DNA of 60,999 nt, the filler included. It is 5 parts of 5 records of this genome, joined end to end, with 100 filler letters (N's around TTAATTAATTAA, not from the genome) between each part and the next. Parts side by side here need not be neighbours in the genome. Positions count along the whole stretch, not along the records: positions 1 to 19,166 come from SRR31156797_5589; positions 19,267 to 36,400 come from SRR31156797_5594; 3 more parts are not named here. The stretch is one strand, 5' to 3'. A program made the position numbers and the translations under genes. Under the pieces are notes generated by a model that worked only from the letters and a program-made list of their open reading frames with translations, did no database searches and was not told where the DNA came from. This document shows positions 18,064-28,877 of the stretch, in pieces. Each line of letters begins with the position of its first letter. Position 1 is the stretch's first letter.

Positions 18064-19166
18064 TATGAACTCTCCTTTAGTTTCTCTATTTCTTCAACAG
18101 GTAAACCAGTCTTTTCAGCAATAGTTTCTATGTCTAAAACATCTAATAATTTCTTTGCAATTTCATGTTTCTCTTCCAGAATGCCTTCTTGTTTTCCTTC
18201 TAATCTTACCTCTTCTAGGAGTTTTTGCTCCTCAATCACAGCATTTTGCCTAGCTTCATAGAACTGAGTAATTCCCTCATCCATTTGCCTAATTTTATCT
18301 TGTAAATCTACAGAAACATTATCAACACGTTTTGCAAAATTTTGAATATACTCCTTACACAACTGCTCAGCTAGTTCCTGCAATGTTCGTACCCGACTCT
18401 CCAGATAATCCAGTTCACTTCTGGAGATTTGATAATTTTTCTTATATCTGGATTCGATATACGCTTCATTCAATCTCTTGAGCATATTCATTTCATCTTT
18501 CGTTCTACATGGGAATGCCTCTCCAAATTTTGCATTAAGCTCAATAGCTCTTTCATTTAACTTAAGCAGATCATGCGATTTCGGCTTGTAATCAGTATAA
18601 ACAAGTAGAATAGCCATATACAGATGCTCAGAAGTTTGATGCAGATGAAATGCAGCCAGAGAATTATTCTTAGCTTGATAATATTTTTCATATCCCCACA
18701 AAAAACCGTCAGCGCTATTCAGCCACTTTTCATAATAATATCTGGCTTTCATAAGTCTGATATCCTTTGGCAGCTCCTCTTCTGATAGCGGAGTATCCAA
18801 TTCATGTATTCCACGGTTATAGATCATAATTCCTTCATTGTATATATCGATGAAGAAGTAGTTTCTCTCAGTCAGTTCTTGATTAACATAAGCAAGACCG
18901 TGAAATATCATGCTCATAGGAGTTTCTATCTCTACATTATTTTTTATTCTTCTTTTAATTGAGTTAGTAATTACGTGATTTCTTGCTTTCTTCTCATCAC
19001 TAAGTATGAATAGCAGATCAAAGTCACTTTTATATTCATATGTTGTGCCGTCCTCGGTATATTTATCCTCTACGGCGGTACCACGGGCGTAACTACCAAA
19101 TAGGATGATCATTTCAATAAACGTTTCTTTTTCATTTTTGATGAAATTAACCATGTTTTCAAGTTC
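18063..19166 (-). CDS. Fused nucleotidyltransferase (MNT)-HEPN protein with an Rpn-like C-terminal tail; probably 5'-truncated at the contig edge
   Basis: LFGSYARG...SDFDL (MNT); AAFHLHQ..E, SHDL and AYIESRY (HEPN); EGKQEG..EIAKKLL..IETIAEKTGLPVEEIEKL tail. Frame is open up to the gap. Confidence 0.85.
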   Translation of the reverse strand, partial: ELENMVNFIKNEKETFIEMIILFGSYARGTAVEDKYTEDGTTYEYKSDFDLLFILSDEKKARNHVITNSIKRRIKNNVEIETPMSMIFHGLAYVNQELTERNYFFIDIYNEGIMIYNRGIHELDTPLSEEELPKDIRLMKARYYYEKWLNSADGFLWGYEKYYQAKNNSLAAFHLHQTSEHLYMAILLVYTDYKPKSHDLLKLNERAIELNAKFGEAFPCRTKDEMNMLKRLNEAYIESRYKKNYQISRSELDYLESRVRTLQELAEQLCKEYIQNFAKRVDNVSVDLQDKIRQMDEGITQFYEARQNAVIEEQKLLEEVRLEGKQEGILEEKHEIAKKLLDVLDIETIAEKTGLPVEEIEKLKESS

Positions 19167-19266
19167 NNNNNNNNNNNNNNNNNNNNNNNNNNNNNNNNNN
19201 NNNNNNNNNNTTAATTAATTAANNNNNNNNNNNNNNNNNNNNNNNNNNNNNNNNNNNNNNNNNNNN
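19167..19266. other. Artificial contig spacer
   Basis: N-run/TTAATTAATTAA/N-run, 100 nt. Confidence 0.98.
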
Positions 19267-22054
19267 GGATAATGGTTTTCATACACTTTATGTGCGAGCC
19301 CGGGATGCCAATGGAAACTGGAGTCATGTATACAATCGGGCGTTTACCATTTTTTCAGCCAATTCGGGTAAACCGGATATTACCTATCTGGAATATTTTA
19401 TTGATACTGATCCGGGAATTGGTTCAGGTACAAGTGTCCCTGTGACGCCAGGCGTTGAACAGGATATTTCTTTTACTGCCGATTTAAGTGGGCTTGATAA
19501 TGGATTTCATACTATTTACGTGCGGGCACGAGACGCCAACGGAAACTGGTGTCATGTGTATAACCGGGCTTTTACCATTTTTGGCTCTGCAGCGTTGTCA
19601 AACATTGTACAACTGGAGTATTTTGTGGATAATGATCCGGGCTATGGCCTTGCAAATCAGGTTGAAATAAGTGAGTCAGCAACAGATGTTGAAAAAAACT
19701 TTGTGGTGGATTTAGAAGGCTATAGTTATGGTGACACACACACATTATTTATTCGCGCCAAAGATGAATCCGGTAACTGGAGTATGGTCTACTGGGACGA
19801 CTTCGTCAGGAATCAGGTATCGGCTACGGCTATGCCACCAGAAGGTGGAACTGTTACAGGTGAAGAAGCAATAGATGGTGATGGAACAGCTACATTAGAA
19901 GCCACCCCAAACGTAGGATATGATTTTATTAACTGGACCGAGACTTATAGTGGAACGGAAGTATCGACTTCGCTAATTTATGAACCTACTATAACAAGTG
20001 ACACCAGTTTCTATGCAAATTTTCAAATACAAAACTTTACCATTAGTGCTTCAGTTGCTCCTGCAGAAACTGGAACTGTTTCAGGTGCGGGCAATTATGA
20101 TTATGGAACTACCATCTACATGGAAGCGGAGCCTGCCGAACATTATAAATTTATAAACTGGACGGAGGGAGGCATAGAACTTTCAACTAATAATCCATTT
20201 GAATTACAGGTAGTTAATGATTGTACCATTGTGGCTAATTTTGAGTTGCTCGAGAATTTTGAGATAACAGCTGAGGTGGCACCAGTTGGTGCAGGAACGG
20301 TTACAGGAGCTGGAATATATGATATTAATACCACGGCTACTTTAATAGCTAATCCAGCCCTGCACTATAAATTCGTAAACTGGACCATAAACGGTATAGA
20401 AGTGGAAACTGCATTAAGTTATAGCTTTGTTGTTACGCAAGACAGTACGGTTGTGGCCAATTTTGAATTATTAGAGAATTTTGAAATAGCAGCCATTGCC
20501 AATCCTGTTGAAGGAGGAACCATCAACGGCACAGGAACTTATGATATTAATACAATTGCAACGCTGATTGCCATTGAAAACATTGGATATGAATTTGCAA
20601 ATTGGGTAGATGGTGATGATACTGTATCCACAAATCATACTTATAATTTTACGGTGGTTAATGATTGTACACTCGTTGCCAATTTTAATGCACTAAATGA
20701 ATACAATATCGCTACCAGTGTTAATCCTGCAGAAGGCGGAACCACCAGTGGCGATGGTACTTATTATGAAGGTACTTCTATTAATGTAACAGCCTCGCCG
20801 GAATCAGGTTATTATTTTGTAAACTGGACTGAAAATGGAACTGAAGTGTCAGAAAACAGCACCTACAATTTTACGGTGTCAGAAAACCGCGATCTGGTGG
20901 CTAATTTTAGCTTATATGAATATACGATTGCAGCTTCAGCCAATCCCGAAAATGGAGGTTCGGTAACTGGAGGTGGCAACTTCAATTATGGTGATATGGT
21001 CAATCTAATAGCCACGCCAGCACAATACTATAAGTTCATAAATTGGACATCAGGAGGGGTAGAAGTATCCACCAGTGCCGAATTTAGCTTTTCAGCAACA
21101 AATGATAGTACCTTGGTAGCCAATTTTGAGCCGTACGATTTTATTGTTACTACAAGTTCAAACCCAACAGCAGGAGGAACCACAACAGGCGATGGAGGCT
21201 ATGATAATGGCGAAACGGCTACATTAACAGCCATTCCGGCAGACTGGTATAATTTTATCAATTGGACTGAAAATGGAAATGAAGTGTCAACAGTATCCAC
21301 ATTCTCATTTACAGTTAGTCAGGATACAACCTTGGTAGCTAATTTTGAACTACAAACCTTTAATATTTCTACTTCTTCTTCTCCTGTAGAAGGAGGAAGT
21401 ACCAGCGGTAGTGGAACATACAGTTATGGAGAAGCGGCAACCTTAATTGCTACACCTTCTGATCATTATGTGTTTGTAAATTGGACGGAAGACGGTAATG
21501 AAGTGTCTTCATCGGTAGAATATGATTTTACAGTAAATGGAGACCGTACACTAGTTGCTAACTTCGAAAAGGAGACATATGCTATAATTACAATTGCCCA
21601 ACCCGTTAATGGTGGAACGATAAGTGGCACAGGCTCCTTTGAGTATGGTCAGCAGGTAAATCTTGTACCTACACCAGCGGTTGATTATGTATTTGTAAAC
21701 TGGACTGAAGCAGATACCGTGGTGACTAATGATAGTATTTATACATTTATAGCGGAGCAAGATCGCACACTTTTTGCCAATTTTGATCTTGACAATATGA
21801 TTGATGAAATTTTCAACAAGGATGGAATCATAATTTATCCTAATCCTGTTTCAGATGAAATATTCATTCAGTCCAAACAAAAGCATACGTCCCTATATAT
21901 TTATGATTTGGTAGGTAATGCACTACTTATTCGTGAACGATTAAATGCTTATACCACATCAGTGCCTGTTTATGAACTCCAACAAGGAATTTATATGATA
22001 AGAATTAAAACAACTGATAAAATTATAAGAACATACTTGTTTATGAAAGAATAG
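19267..22054 (+). CDS. T9SS type A sorting-domain surface protein with InlB B-repeat/Flg_new-type repeats; 5'-truncated
   Basis: EYFIDTDPG modules; about nine ~74-aa repeats (P..GG.V.G.G.Y...GY.F.NW...L.ANF); C-terminal IYPNPV...GIYMI. Confidence 0.87.
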
Positions 22055-22090
22055 ATATATTCAATTTAGGAGCATCAACGTAAGGATTTT

Positions 22091-22118
22091 ATTAAGGCTC
22101 TCATTCGAGAGCCTTAAT
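22091..22118 (+). terminator. Intrinsic terminator
   Basis: attaaggctctc-attc-gagagccttaat followed by a T-run. Confidence 0.8.
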
Positions 22119-22235
22119 TTTATTGGTAAAACATCTTTAATGCTAAAAGGTCAATAATTATCTCAAAATTAATATGCTATGTTTTGTTAGATTGAAAGAA
22201 ATTAATACATTTAACAAATAGTAAAGTTCAATCCG

Positions 22236-22664
22236 ATGAAAAATCTTAAAAGCACAGTTAAATTTTTGATTATTGTTTTTGTTGCATCTAATTTATTCTT
22301 AGGTTGTGAGAAAGATGAAGACCCAAGGCACGAGAGAAGGGTTCTAGATGTCTCAATCCGAGATGATTTTAGTCATTATGATATTGAGTTGACAGTAGAT
22401 TCTCTATGGATTAGAGCTCGTTTCCATGAAATTATAGAAGAGAGGTATTTGCCTTTTGTAATAGAATTATATGATAATGAGACAATTTCTGATGCTGCTA
22501 TTGCGACAATTAATGGAAATACATTAGAGGTTGACTTAAGGACGCTGACTATGCAATTTGATGGACCTCCCGTGATAGATAATATGGTTACTGTATTCAG
22601 AATAGATGATGTTGAGTATTTCATCGAAATTATTTTTGAACAGAATCCAGATGTGGTTATATAA
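22236..22664 (+). CDS. Hypothetical lipoprotein
   Basis: Signal peptide ending FLGC, followed by EKDED, as in Bacteroidota lipoproteins. Confidence 0.7.
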   Translation: MKNLKSTVKFLIIVFVASNLFLGCEKDEDPRHERRVLDVSIRDDFSHYDIELTVDSLWIRARFHEIIEERYLPFVIELYDNETISDAAIATINGNTLEVDLRTLTMQFDGPPVIDNMVTVFRIDDVEYFIEIIFEQNPDVVI

Positions 22665-22689
22665 TTGCGTGGATTTATTATTTCTAGGA

Positions 22690-22826
22690 TTTTTATCGAA
22701 ATAACATTCGCGGTTTTTTGTACAAATGGTTACAAAATATGCACCATTGCTGCTATAATCCCATGTCTGTAATCGGGTAGAAGGTATACGATATTTGTTT
22801 CGAAATTTGCTGTTGTTTAAATTCAT
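22690..22826 (-). pseudogene. N-terminal relic of a REP-associated tyrosine transposase (RAYT, Y1)
   Basis: KFRNKYRIPSTRLQTWDYSSNGAYFVTICTKNRECYF matches the RAYT N-terminus. Similarity then stops, and there is no HUH motif. Confidence 0.75.
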
Positions 22827-22925
22827 GACCTATTGCTGTTTAATACTCCTAAAATACTAATCTATTTTAACGTACAAAAAAAAGCCCCCTTTCGGAGGCT
22901 TATTTTTCTATCTGAATGCTTTGGA

Positions 22926-24182
22926 TCAACCAAAGTCGTCATAATCGATGTTTTCTTGCGGTACACCAAGATCGAGTAGCATTTTTGTTACTGCGTCGTT
23001 CATCATTGGTGGTCCGCACAGGTAGTATTCGATTTCTTCCGGTTCTTCATGTTTCGACAAGTAACGGTCGTAAATCACTTTATGTATAAATCCTGTATCG
23101 CCTTTCCAATCGTCCTCAGGAAGTGGTTCTGAAAGGGCAATGGTAAAGTCGAAGTTATCGAAGTCTTTTTCAATTTTACGGAAATCTTCTTCGTAGAAAA
23201 TTTCTTTTTTCGATCGGGCACCATACCAGTAGGTAGCTTTACGCGTGGTTTTCTTGGTGTGGAACTGATCAAAGATGTGTGAGCGCATTGGAGCCATTCC
23301 GGCACCACCACCAATAAACATCATTTCTCGCTGTGTATCTTTAATGAAGAATTCTCCGTAAGGTCCACTTACCATTACTTTATCGCCAGGCTTCAATGAG
23401 AATATGTATGATGAACATACCCCTGGATTTACTTTCTTAAAACCACCTTTTACACGATCCCATGGTGGTGTAGCAATACGGATGTTCAACATCACAATGT
23501 TACCTTCTGCAGGGTGGTTAGCCATTGAATAAGCACGGAATTGTGGTTCCGGGTTTTTCATTTGCAGGTCAAACATACCCATGTCTTCCCAATCTTTGCG
23601 GAATTGTTCTTCAATTTCAAAATCTTTGAAGTCCACATTGATTTTAGGAACATCGATCTGGATGTAACCTCCTGAGCGGAAATCTAATGTTTCTCCTTCA
23701 GGTAATTTCACCACGAACTCTTTAATAAAGGTAGCCACGTTTTTGTTTGAAACTACTTCGCATTCCCATTTCTGAATACCCATGATTTCAGCAGGAACAT
23801 GCATTTTAATGTTGTCTTTTACTTTAATCTGACAACCTAAACGCATATTGTCTTGCTGCTCCTTACGGGTAAAGAAACCGGTTTCAGTTGGTAAAATGGT
23901 ACCGGCACCAGACTCAACCTGGCATGTACACATTCCACAGGTTCCACCTCCACCACATGCCGATGGTAAAAACAGTCCGTTTTCACTCAACGTAGATAGG
24001 AGTGTGCTTCCAGGATTTGTTGTAATGACTTTTTCACCATCATTGATATCAATGGTTACTTCACCTTGCGGTGTCAATTTCTTTTTGGCATATAATAGCA
24101 TAGCTACCAAAAACATGAGCACCACCAGGAATGCCAAAATGCTAAATCCTATTACAGTTATATTTGATGTAAGCCAAATCAT
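22926..24182 (-). CDS. nqrF: Na+-translocating NADH:quinone reductase subunit F
   Basis: SACGGGGTCGMC, RAYSMANHP, GGGAGMAPMRSH, YLCGPPMM motifs and DDFG terminus. Confidence 0.97.
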   Translation of the reverse strand: MIWLTSNITVIGFSILAFLVVLMFLVAMLLYAKKKLTPQGEVTIDINDGEKVITTNPGSTLLSTLSENGLFLPSACGGGGTCGMCTCQVESGAGTILPTETGFFTRKEQQDNMRLGCQIKVKDNIKMHVPAEIMGIQKWECEVVSNKNVATFIKEFVVKLPEGETLDFRSGGYIQIDVPKINVDFKDFEIEEQFRKDWEDMGMFDLQMKNPEPQFRAYSMANHPAEGNIVMLNIRIATPPWDRVKGGFKKVNPGVCSSYIFSLKPGDKVMVSGPYGEFFIKDTQREMMFIGGGAGMAPMRSHIFDQFHTKKTTRKATYWYGARSKKEIFYEEDFRKIEKDFDNFDFTIALSEPLPEDDWKGDTGFIHKVIYDRYLSKHEEPEEIEYYLCGPPMMNDAVTKMLLDLGVPQENIDYDDFG

Positions 24183-24200
24183 ATTGTTTGCTTTTTCTGT

Positions 24201-24818
24201 TTACAATTTAATTCCCATGAAACTCATAAATGCAATTCCCATCAATCCTGTGATGATAAATGTAATTCCTAATCCACGCAGTGGAGCAGGTACATGTGAG
24301 TATCTGATTTTTTCGCGTATAGCAGCAATACCTACAATTGCAAGCAACCAACCTACACCTGAACCAAGTCCAAATACGGTAGCTTCTGTAATATTGTTGT
24401 ATGCTCTTTCTTGCATAAATAATGATCCTCCAAGAATGGCACAGTTTACAGCAATCAGTGGTAAGAAAATACCTAATGAAGCGTAAAGTGTTGGTGCAAA
24501 TTTATCAACAGCCATCTCAACCAATTGCACCATTGAGGCAATTACTGCGATGAAGATGATAAAGCTAAGGAAACTCAAATCAACATCAGCAAATGTTGGA
24601 GATATCCATGTAAGGGCACCTTCCTGTAGTATATAGTTTTCAATAACGTAGTTTAGTGGTACTGTAAATCCAAGTACGAAAATTACTGCTAAACCAAGTC
24701 CCATTGAAGTTTTTACTGTCTTCGATACAGCAAGGTATGAACACATACCTAAAAAGTAGGCGAAGACCATGTTATCGATAAATATCGACTTGACAAATAT
24801 ATCTAATAAGTTTTCCAT
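24201..24818 (-). CDS. nqrE: Na+-NQR subunit E
   Basis: [12 protein letters not shown] and [12 protein letters not shown] motifs; operon position. Confidence 0.96.
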   Translation of the reverse strand: MENLLDIFVKSIFIDNMVFAYFLGMCSYLAVSKTVKTSMGLGLAVIFVLGFTVPLNYVIENYILQEGALTWISPTFADVDLSFLSFIIFIAVIASMVQLVEMAVDKFAPTLYASLGIFLPLIAVNCAILGGSLFMQERAYNNITEATVFGLGSGVGWLLAIVGIAAIREKIRYSHVPAPLRGLGITFIITGLMGIAFMSFMGIKL

Positions 24819-24838
24819 TTCGTCTAATTTTCAGGTTA

Positions 24839-25492
24839 TTAACTTATGTCAACTAAGTCTTTGTTTCTACTTCTCTGTATCCATATTATAATTCCAACAG
24901 TAATCAGTGCCATTGGAGGCAGAATCATCATACCGTTGTTTTCATAGAATCCACCGTTTGACATGAACCAACTGTCAGGAATAACTTGATATCCCCAAAG
25001 TGTTCCAGCTCCGAATAATTCACGTACAAATCCTACAATGACCAGGATAAGTCCATATCCGGCTGCATTTCCAAGTCCGTCAAGGAATGAAGGCCAAACT
25101 TTATTACCAAGGGCGAATGCTTCCAAACGTCCCATAATGATACAGTTGGTGATGATTAGTCCCACAAATACTGAGAGTTGCTTACTTACATCGTAAACGA
25201 AAGCTTTCAATACCTGGTCAACTAAAATTACCAGTGCGGCAATTACTACCAATTGTACAATAATACGGATACGGTTTGGTATACCTTTACGTAAGAGTGA
25301 AATTACTACGTTCGCTATGGCCATTACGGCAACTACTGAAAGTGCCATAACCACCGATGGTTTTAGTTTCACTGTAACAGCGAGCGCCGAACAGATACCA
25401 AGCACCTGTACAGTAATCGGATTGTCCTGTCCAAGCGGATTGGTTAGTAGGCGTCTGTTTTTTGGTGAAAATAGAGGTTCTCTATCGCTCAT
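24839..25492 (-). CDS. nqrD: Na+-NQR subunit D
   Basis: QVLGICSALAVT and GLIITNCIIMGR motifs. Confidence 0.96.
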   Translation of the reverse strand: MSDREPLFSPKNRRLLTNPLGQDNPITVQVLGICSALAVTVKLKPSVVMALSVVAVMAIANVVISLLRKGIPNRIRIIVQLVVIAALVILVDQVLKAFVYDVSKQLSVFVGLIITNCIIMGRLEAFALGNKVWPSFLDGLGNAAGYGLILVIVGFVRELFGAGTLWGYQVIPDSWFMSNGGFYENNGMMILPPMALITVGIIIWIQRSRNKDLVDIS

Positions 25493-25498
25493 TGTTCA

Positions 25499-26218
25499 TT
25501 ATTTTTGATGTTGTTTAAAATAGGTTACATAATTACCCAGGCAGTCTTTCAACATGGCATCCACACCAACACTGGTAATGGTTCCTCCTGAAATAGCATC
25601 AACTCCGTGCACGTCACCATCAGGTGCTCCGCCTTTTATTATACTAACCGATACAAACTCATTTTGCTCGTTAAATAACTTTTTACCTACGAATTGCTGC
25701 TCAAATTCATCAGTATTGATTTCAGCACCTAATCCGGGTGTTTCACTTTTATGATCAAAACTTGCACCTACAATGGTGTTGTAATCCCCATCTAAAGCTA
25801 CATAGCCCCAAACAGGTCCCCAAAGTCCTTTTCCTCTAAGCGGAAGAATAACGTTTTTATTTCCATCCTTTTCACTTACAAAAACAGGTAACTTGCGGTC
25901 ATCATTTGGTTTGGCAAGTTCTTTTTTCATGTCTACGGTGAATGCATCGCCTTTCACTTTTTCTCCTTTAGTGTTTACGATATAACTATCCACGATATAT
26001 TTTGCGTAAAGGTCTTCGATGTATGTCATCTTATCATCCTGCTCGCTTGCATCTAAACCAATGCTCACGGTACTTAGAATATTTTTCTTTTTCTCTACCT
26101 CTACGTTTTTATCCTGCATTGGCTTAAGTGACATAGCTGCGAATGAAAGCAACGCGGCTACTACAACTACCATGATTGCAGCATAAAGAAATGTATATGT
26201 ATTACCTTGCGTATTCAT
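25499..26218 (-). CDS. nqrC: Na+-NQR subunit C
   Basis: GKGLWGP, ETPGLGAEI and DAISGGT (FMN attachment) motifs. Confidence 0.96.
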   Translation of the reverse strand: MNTQGNTYTFLYAAIMVVVVAALLSFAAMSLKPMQDKNVEVEKKKNILSTVSIGLDASEQDDKMTYIEDLYAKYIVDSYIVNTKGEKVKGDAFTVDMKKELAKPNDDRKLPVFVSEKDGNKNVILPLRGKGLWGPVWGYVALDGDYNTIVGASFDHKSETPGLGAEINTDEFEQQFVGKKLFNEQNEFVSVSIIKGGAPDGDVHGVDAISGGTITSVGVDAMLKDCLGNYVTYFKQHQK

Positions 26219-26230
26219 TGATATATATGT

Positions 26231-27382
26231 TTAAGCGTTGGTTTTTACCTGTGCACGTTTCATTCTCTTCTTCATGTTTGCTTCAATCACATAGAAGTCA
26301 ATTAGTGGTGCAAATGTATTCATGAACAGTATAGCAAGCATTACGCCTTCCGGGTATGCAGGGTTTAGAACTCTGATCAATATGGCCAGGAATCCGATAA
26401 GGAATCCGTAAATGTATTTTCCTTTATTGGTTTGTGAACCCGAAACAGGGTCAGTGGCCATAAATACAATACCAAAAGCAAAACCACCCATAATAAGTTG
26501 CTGCCACCATATTATTTCCATAAATGGATTTACAGCAAATGCATTGAGTAATAATCCCATTGCTGCTCCTCCAAGGAGTGCTGAGAACATAATGCGCCAG
26601 CTTCCAATACCTGTAAGCAGTAAAATAACTGCACCAATACCGATGGCCACAACTGATGTTTCACCAATTGAACCCGGTATAGTTCCAATTACCATATCCA
26701 TAGTTGTACTTACCTGAGGCTCACCTGCAGCGCCGAGGGCGAGAGGAGTGGCTCCGGAAAAAGCATCGGCTTTCTCAGCAATCCAAACTTTGTCTCCCGA
26801 CATAAAACTTGGATAAGCAAAAAACAGGAATGCTCTGGCAAGCAGTGCAGGGTTGAATATATTCATTCCTGTACCACCAAAAACTTCTTTTCCGATAACT
26901 ACTGCAAATACAGTTGAAAGGGCAACCATCCACAGTGGTACCTCTACAGGCATTACTAATGGAATTAACATACCAGATACCAGGAAACCTTCATTTACCT
27001 GATGTCCGCGTATCTGAGCAAAAATAAACTCAACGGCCAAACCCGACACATATGACACAACTACAATAGGCAATACTTTCCATAATCCGTAAAGGAATAA
27101 ATCAAAAAAGCCTTGGCTAGCTAATTCTCCAATTGATTTGAAGTGTTGGTAACCAGTATTGTACATACCGAATAGTAGGGCTGGAATAAGTGCCAATACA
27201 ACTACACCCATTGTACGTTTGAGGTCAATTACATCGTGAATGTGAACTCCTTTTTTGGATGTGGTATTAGGCACGAACAAAAATGTCTCAAACGCTTCAA
27301 ATGTAGAATGGAGCTTATGAAGTTTGCCTCCCTTCTCAAAATTAGGTTTGATTTTATCTACTAATTTTCTTAATGATTTCAT
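26231..27382 (-). CDS. nqrB: Na+-NQR subunit B
   Basis: KEVFGGTGMN, SGATPL (FMN site) and FMATDPVS motifs. Confidence 0.96.
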   Translation of the reverse strand: MKSLRKLVDKIKPNFEKGGKLHKLHSTFEAFETFLFVPNTTSKKGVHIHDVIDLKRTMGVVVLALIPALLFGMYNTGYQHFKSIGELASQGFFDLFLYGLWKVLPIVVVSYVSGLAVEFIFAQIRGHQVNEGFLVSGMLIPLVMPVEVPLWMVALSTVFAVVIGKEVFGGTGMNIFNPALLARAFLFFAYPSFMSGDKVWIAEKADAFSGATPLALGAAGEPQVSTTMDMVIGTIPGSIGETSVVAIGIGAVILLLTGIGSWRIMFSALLGGAAMGLLLNAFAVNPFMEIIWWQQLIMGGFAFGIVFMATDPVSGSQTNKGKYIYGFLIGFLAILIRVLNPAYPEGVMLAILFMNTFAPLIDFYVIEANMKKRMKRAQVKTNA

Positions 27383-27447
27383 TCGTAATATTTTTAATTG
27401 TACTTTATTGCTCTGTGAAGAGCTTTGTACTTACTATTTGCATAGAT

Positions 27448-28794
27448 TTACATGGTTTCTTTGATCATCAAATCCATTCCTTTGCGTAAAATGTTCTGAA
27501 CTTCCATTTTTGAGGTACATACAAATTCGCATAGCGCCATGTCTTCTTCAATAACTTCGAATATTCCGAGTTTTTCCATTTCATCAATGTCCTCGTACAT
27601 CGCAGATTTTAGAAGTTGCACCGGCATTACATTCATAGGGAATACTTTTTCATATTCGCCTGTCATTACAAATGCGCGTTCTTCTCCATGCATATTAGCA
27701 TTCATTTTATATTGCTTACCAGGCATTAACCATGAGAAATAGGCTCTGCTAATTGAGAATTGTTTGAATCGAGGCATGGCCCAGCCAAAGAATTCATATT
27801 CGTCACCTTCTGGAATAATGGTAACTTGAGAATCATAAAATCCTAAGAACCCATGTTTCTCAATTTTAGTTCCGGTTAACACATTACCACTGATGTAACG
27901 TAATTTTTCTTCTTTATTGGCGTGGTTTAATAATCCACTCAATTCAACACCTACCTTGATTTTATAGTAACCCGGTTGTGTTGTTTCTGAACCTGTAAAG
28001 GCAATGGTGCGTTCAAAAGTTACTTCACCGTTAGCAACCAATTTACCAATCATAGCTACATTTTGAGCATGAACGGTCCAAACAATGTCGCCTTTGACTA
28101 AAGGTTTACTGTTGTGAATTTGAATGCCGACATTTCCTGCAGGGTGAGGACCATTAAAATAGGTCTTTTTCACATCTTTTGCTTCATCAAAAAAGCCAGG
28201 GTTATTTTTATTTAATCCCAGGCATACTTCACCTTCTGTTAATTTAGCCAATACTTTTAGCCCATTAAAAAAGTCTTGTTTTTGATCTTGCATGGCAAAA
28301 TCTAAATCAGGACCAAGTGGTGATGAATCAAATGTGGAAATGAAGATATCACGAGGTTGATCATCCGGTCTCGCTACAATACCGTAGGGGCGCATAATTA
28401 TATATGGCCACATTCCGGCTGATTGAATGAGTTTGATGATTTCTTCTCTTGATAGAGCATCAATACCTTTGGTTTGATGTTTTATTATTTCTCCCGGATT
28501 TGTAGTTTCAACAACTACTTCCAGAATGCGCCTTCTTTCACCACGGTTTACTTCAACCACTTTGCCACTTACAGGTGATACCAATACAATGTCGTTATTG
28601 TTTTTATCAAACATTAATACATCGCCGGCTTTCACTTCAGTGTCCTGTTTTGCTTTGAGTTTGAGGTCCAAACCCTTGAAATCAGGCGGTTTAACGGCAA
28701 ACCTTCCGGTTTCAGGCATGTCTTTTAGTTCTTTTGGGGCGGCTCCTTTTATCGGAATATCCAACCCTTTCTTAATCTTAACAACTTCTGACAT
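27448..28794 (-). CDS. nqrA: Na+-NQR subunit A
   Basis: IKKGLDIPIKG, GPHPAGNVG and EEDMALCEFVCTSK motifs. Confidence 0.96.
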   Translation of the reverse strand: MSEVVKIKKGLDIPIKGAAPKELKDMPETGRFAVKPPDFKGLDLKLKAKQDTEVKAGDVLMFDKNNNDIVLVSPVSGKVVEVNRGERRRILEVVVETTNPGEIIKHQTKGIDALSREEIIKLIQSAGMWPYIIMRPYGIVARPDDQPRDIFISTFDSSPLGPDLDFAMQDQKQDFFNGLKVLAKLTEGEVCLGLNKNNPGFFDEAKDVKKTYFNGPHPAGNVGIQIHNSKPLVKGDIVWTVHAQNVAMIGKLVANGEVTFERTIAFTGSETTQPGYYKIKVGVELSGLLNHANKEEKLRYISGNVLTGTKIEKHGFLGFYDSQVTIIPEGDEYEFFGWAMPRFKQFSISRAYFSWLMPGKQYKMNANMHGEERAFVMTGEYEKVFPMNVMPVQLLKSAMYEDIDEMEKLGIFEVIEEDMALCEFVCTSKMEVQNILRKGMDLMIKETM

Positions 28795-28877
28795 GTCGTT
28801 TTTTAGTTTAAATTATAGCTAATGTGTACAAAGATAATATTTTTGTACGTTTAAGTTAGATAAATACTTGTTGATAT

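Noticed and set aside
23075-28822. Alternate-frame and antisense ORFs over the nqr genes, including the 212-aa ORF at 23848-24486
   Set aside because: Fully overlap highly conserved nqr genes; shadow ORFs.
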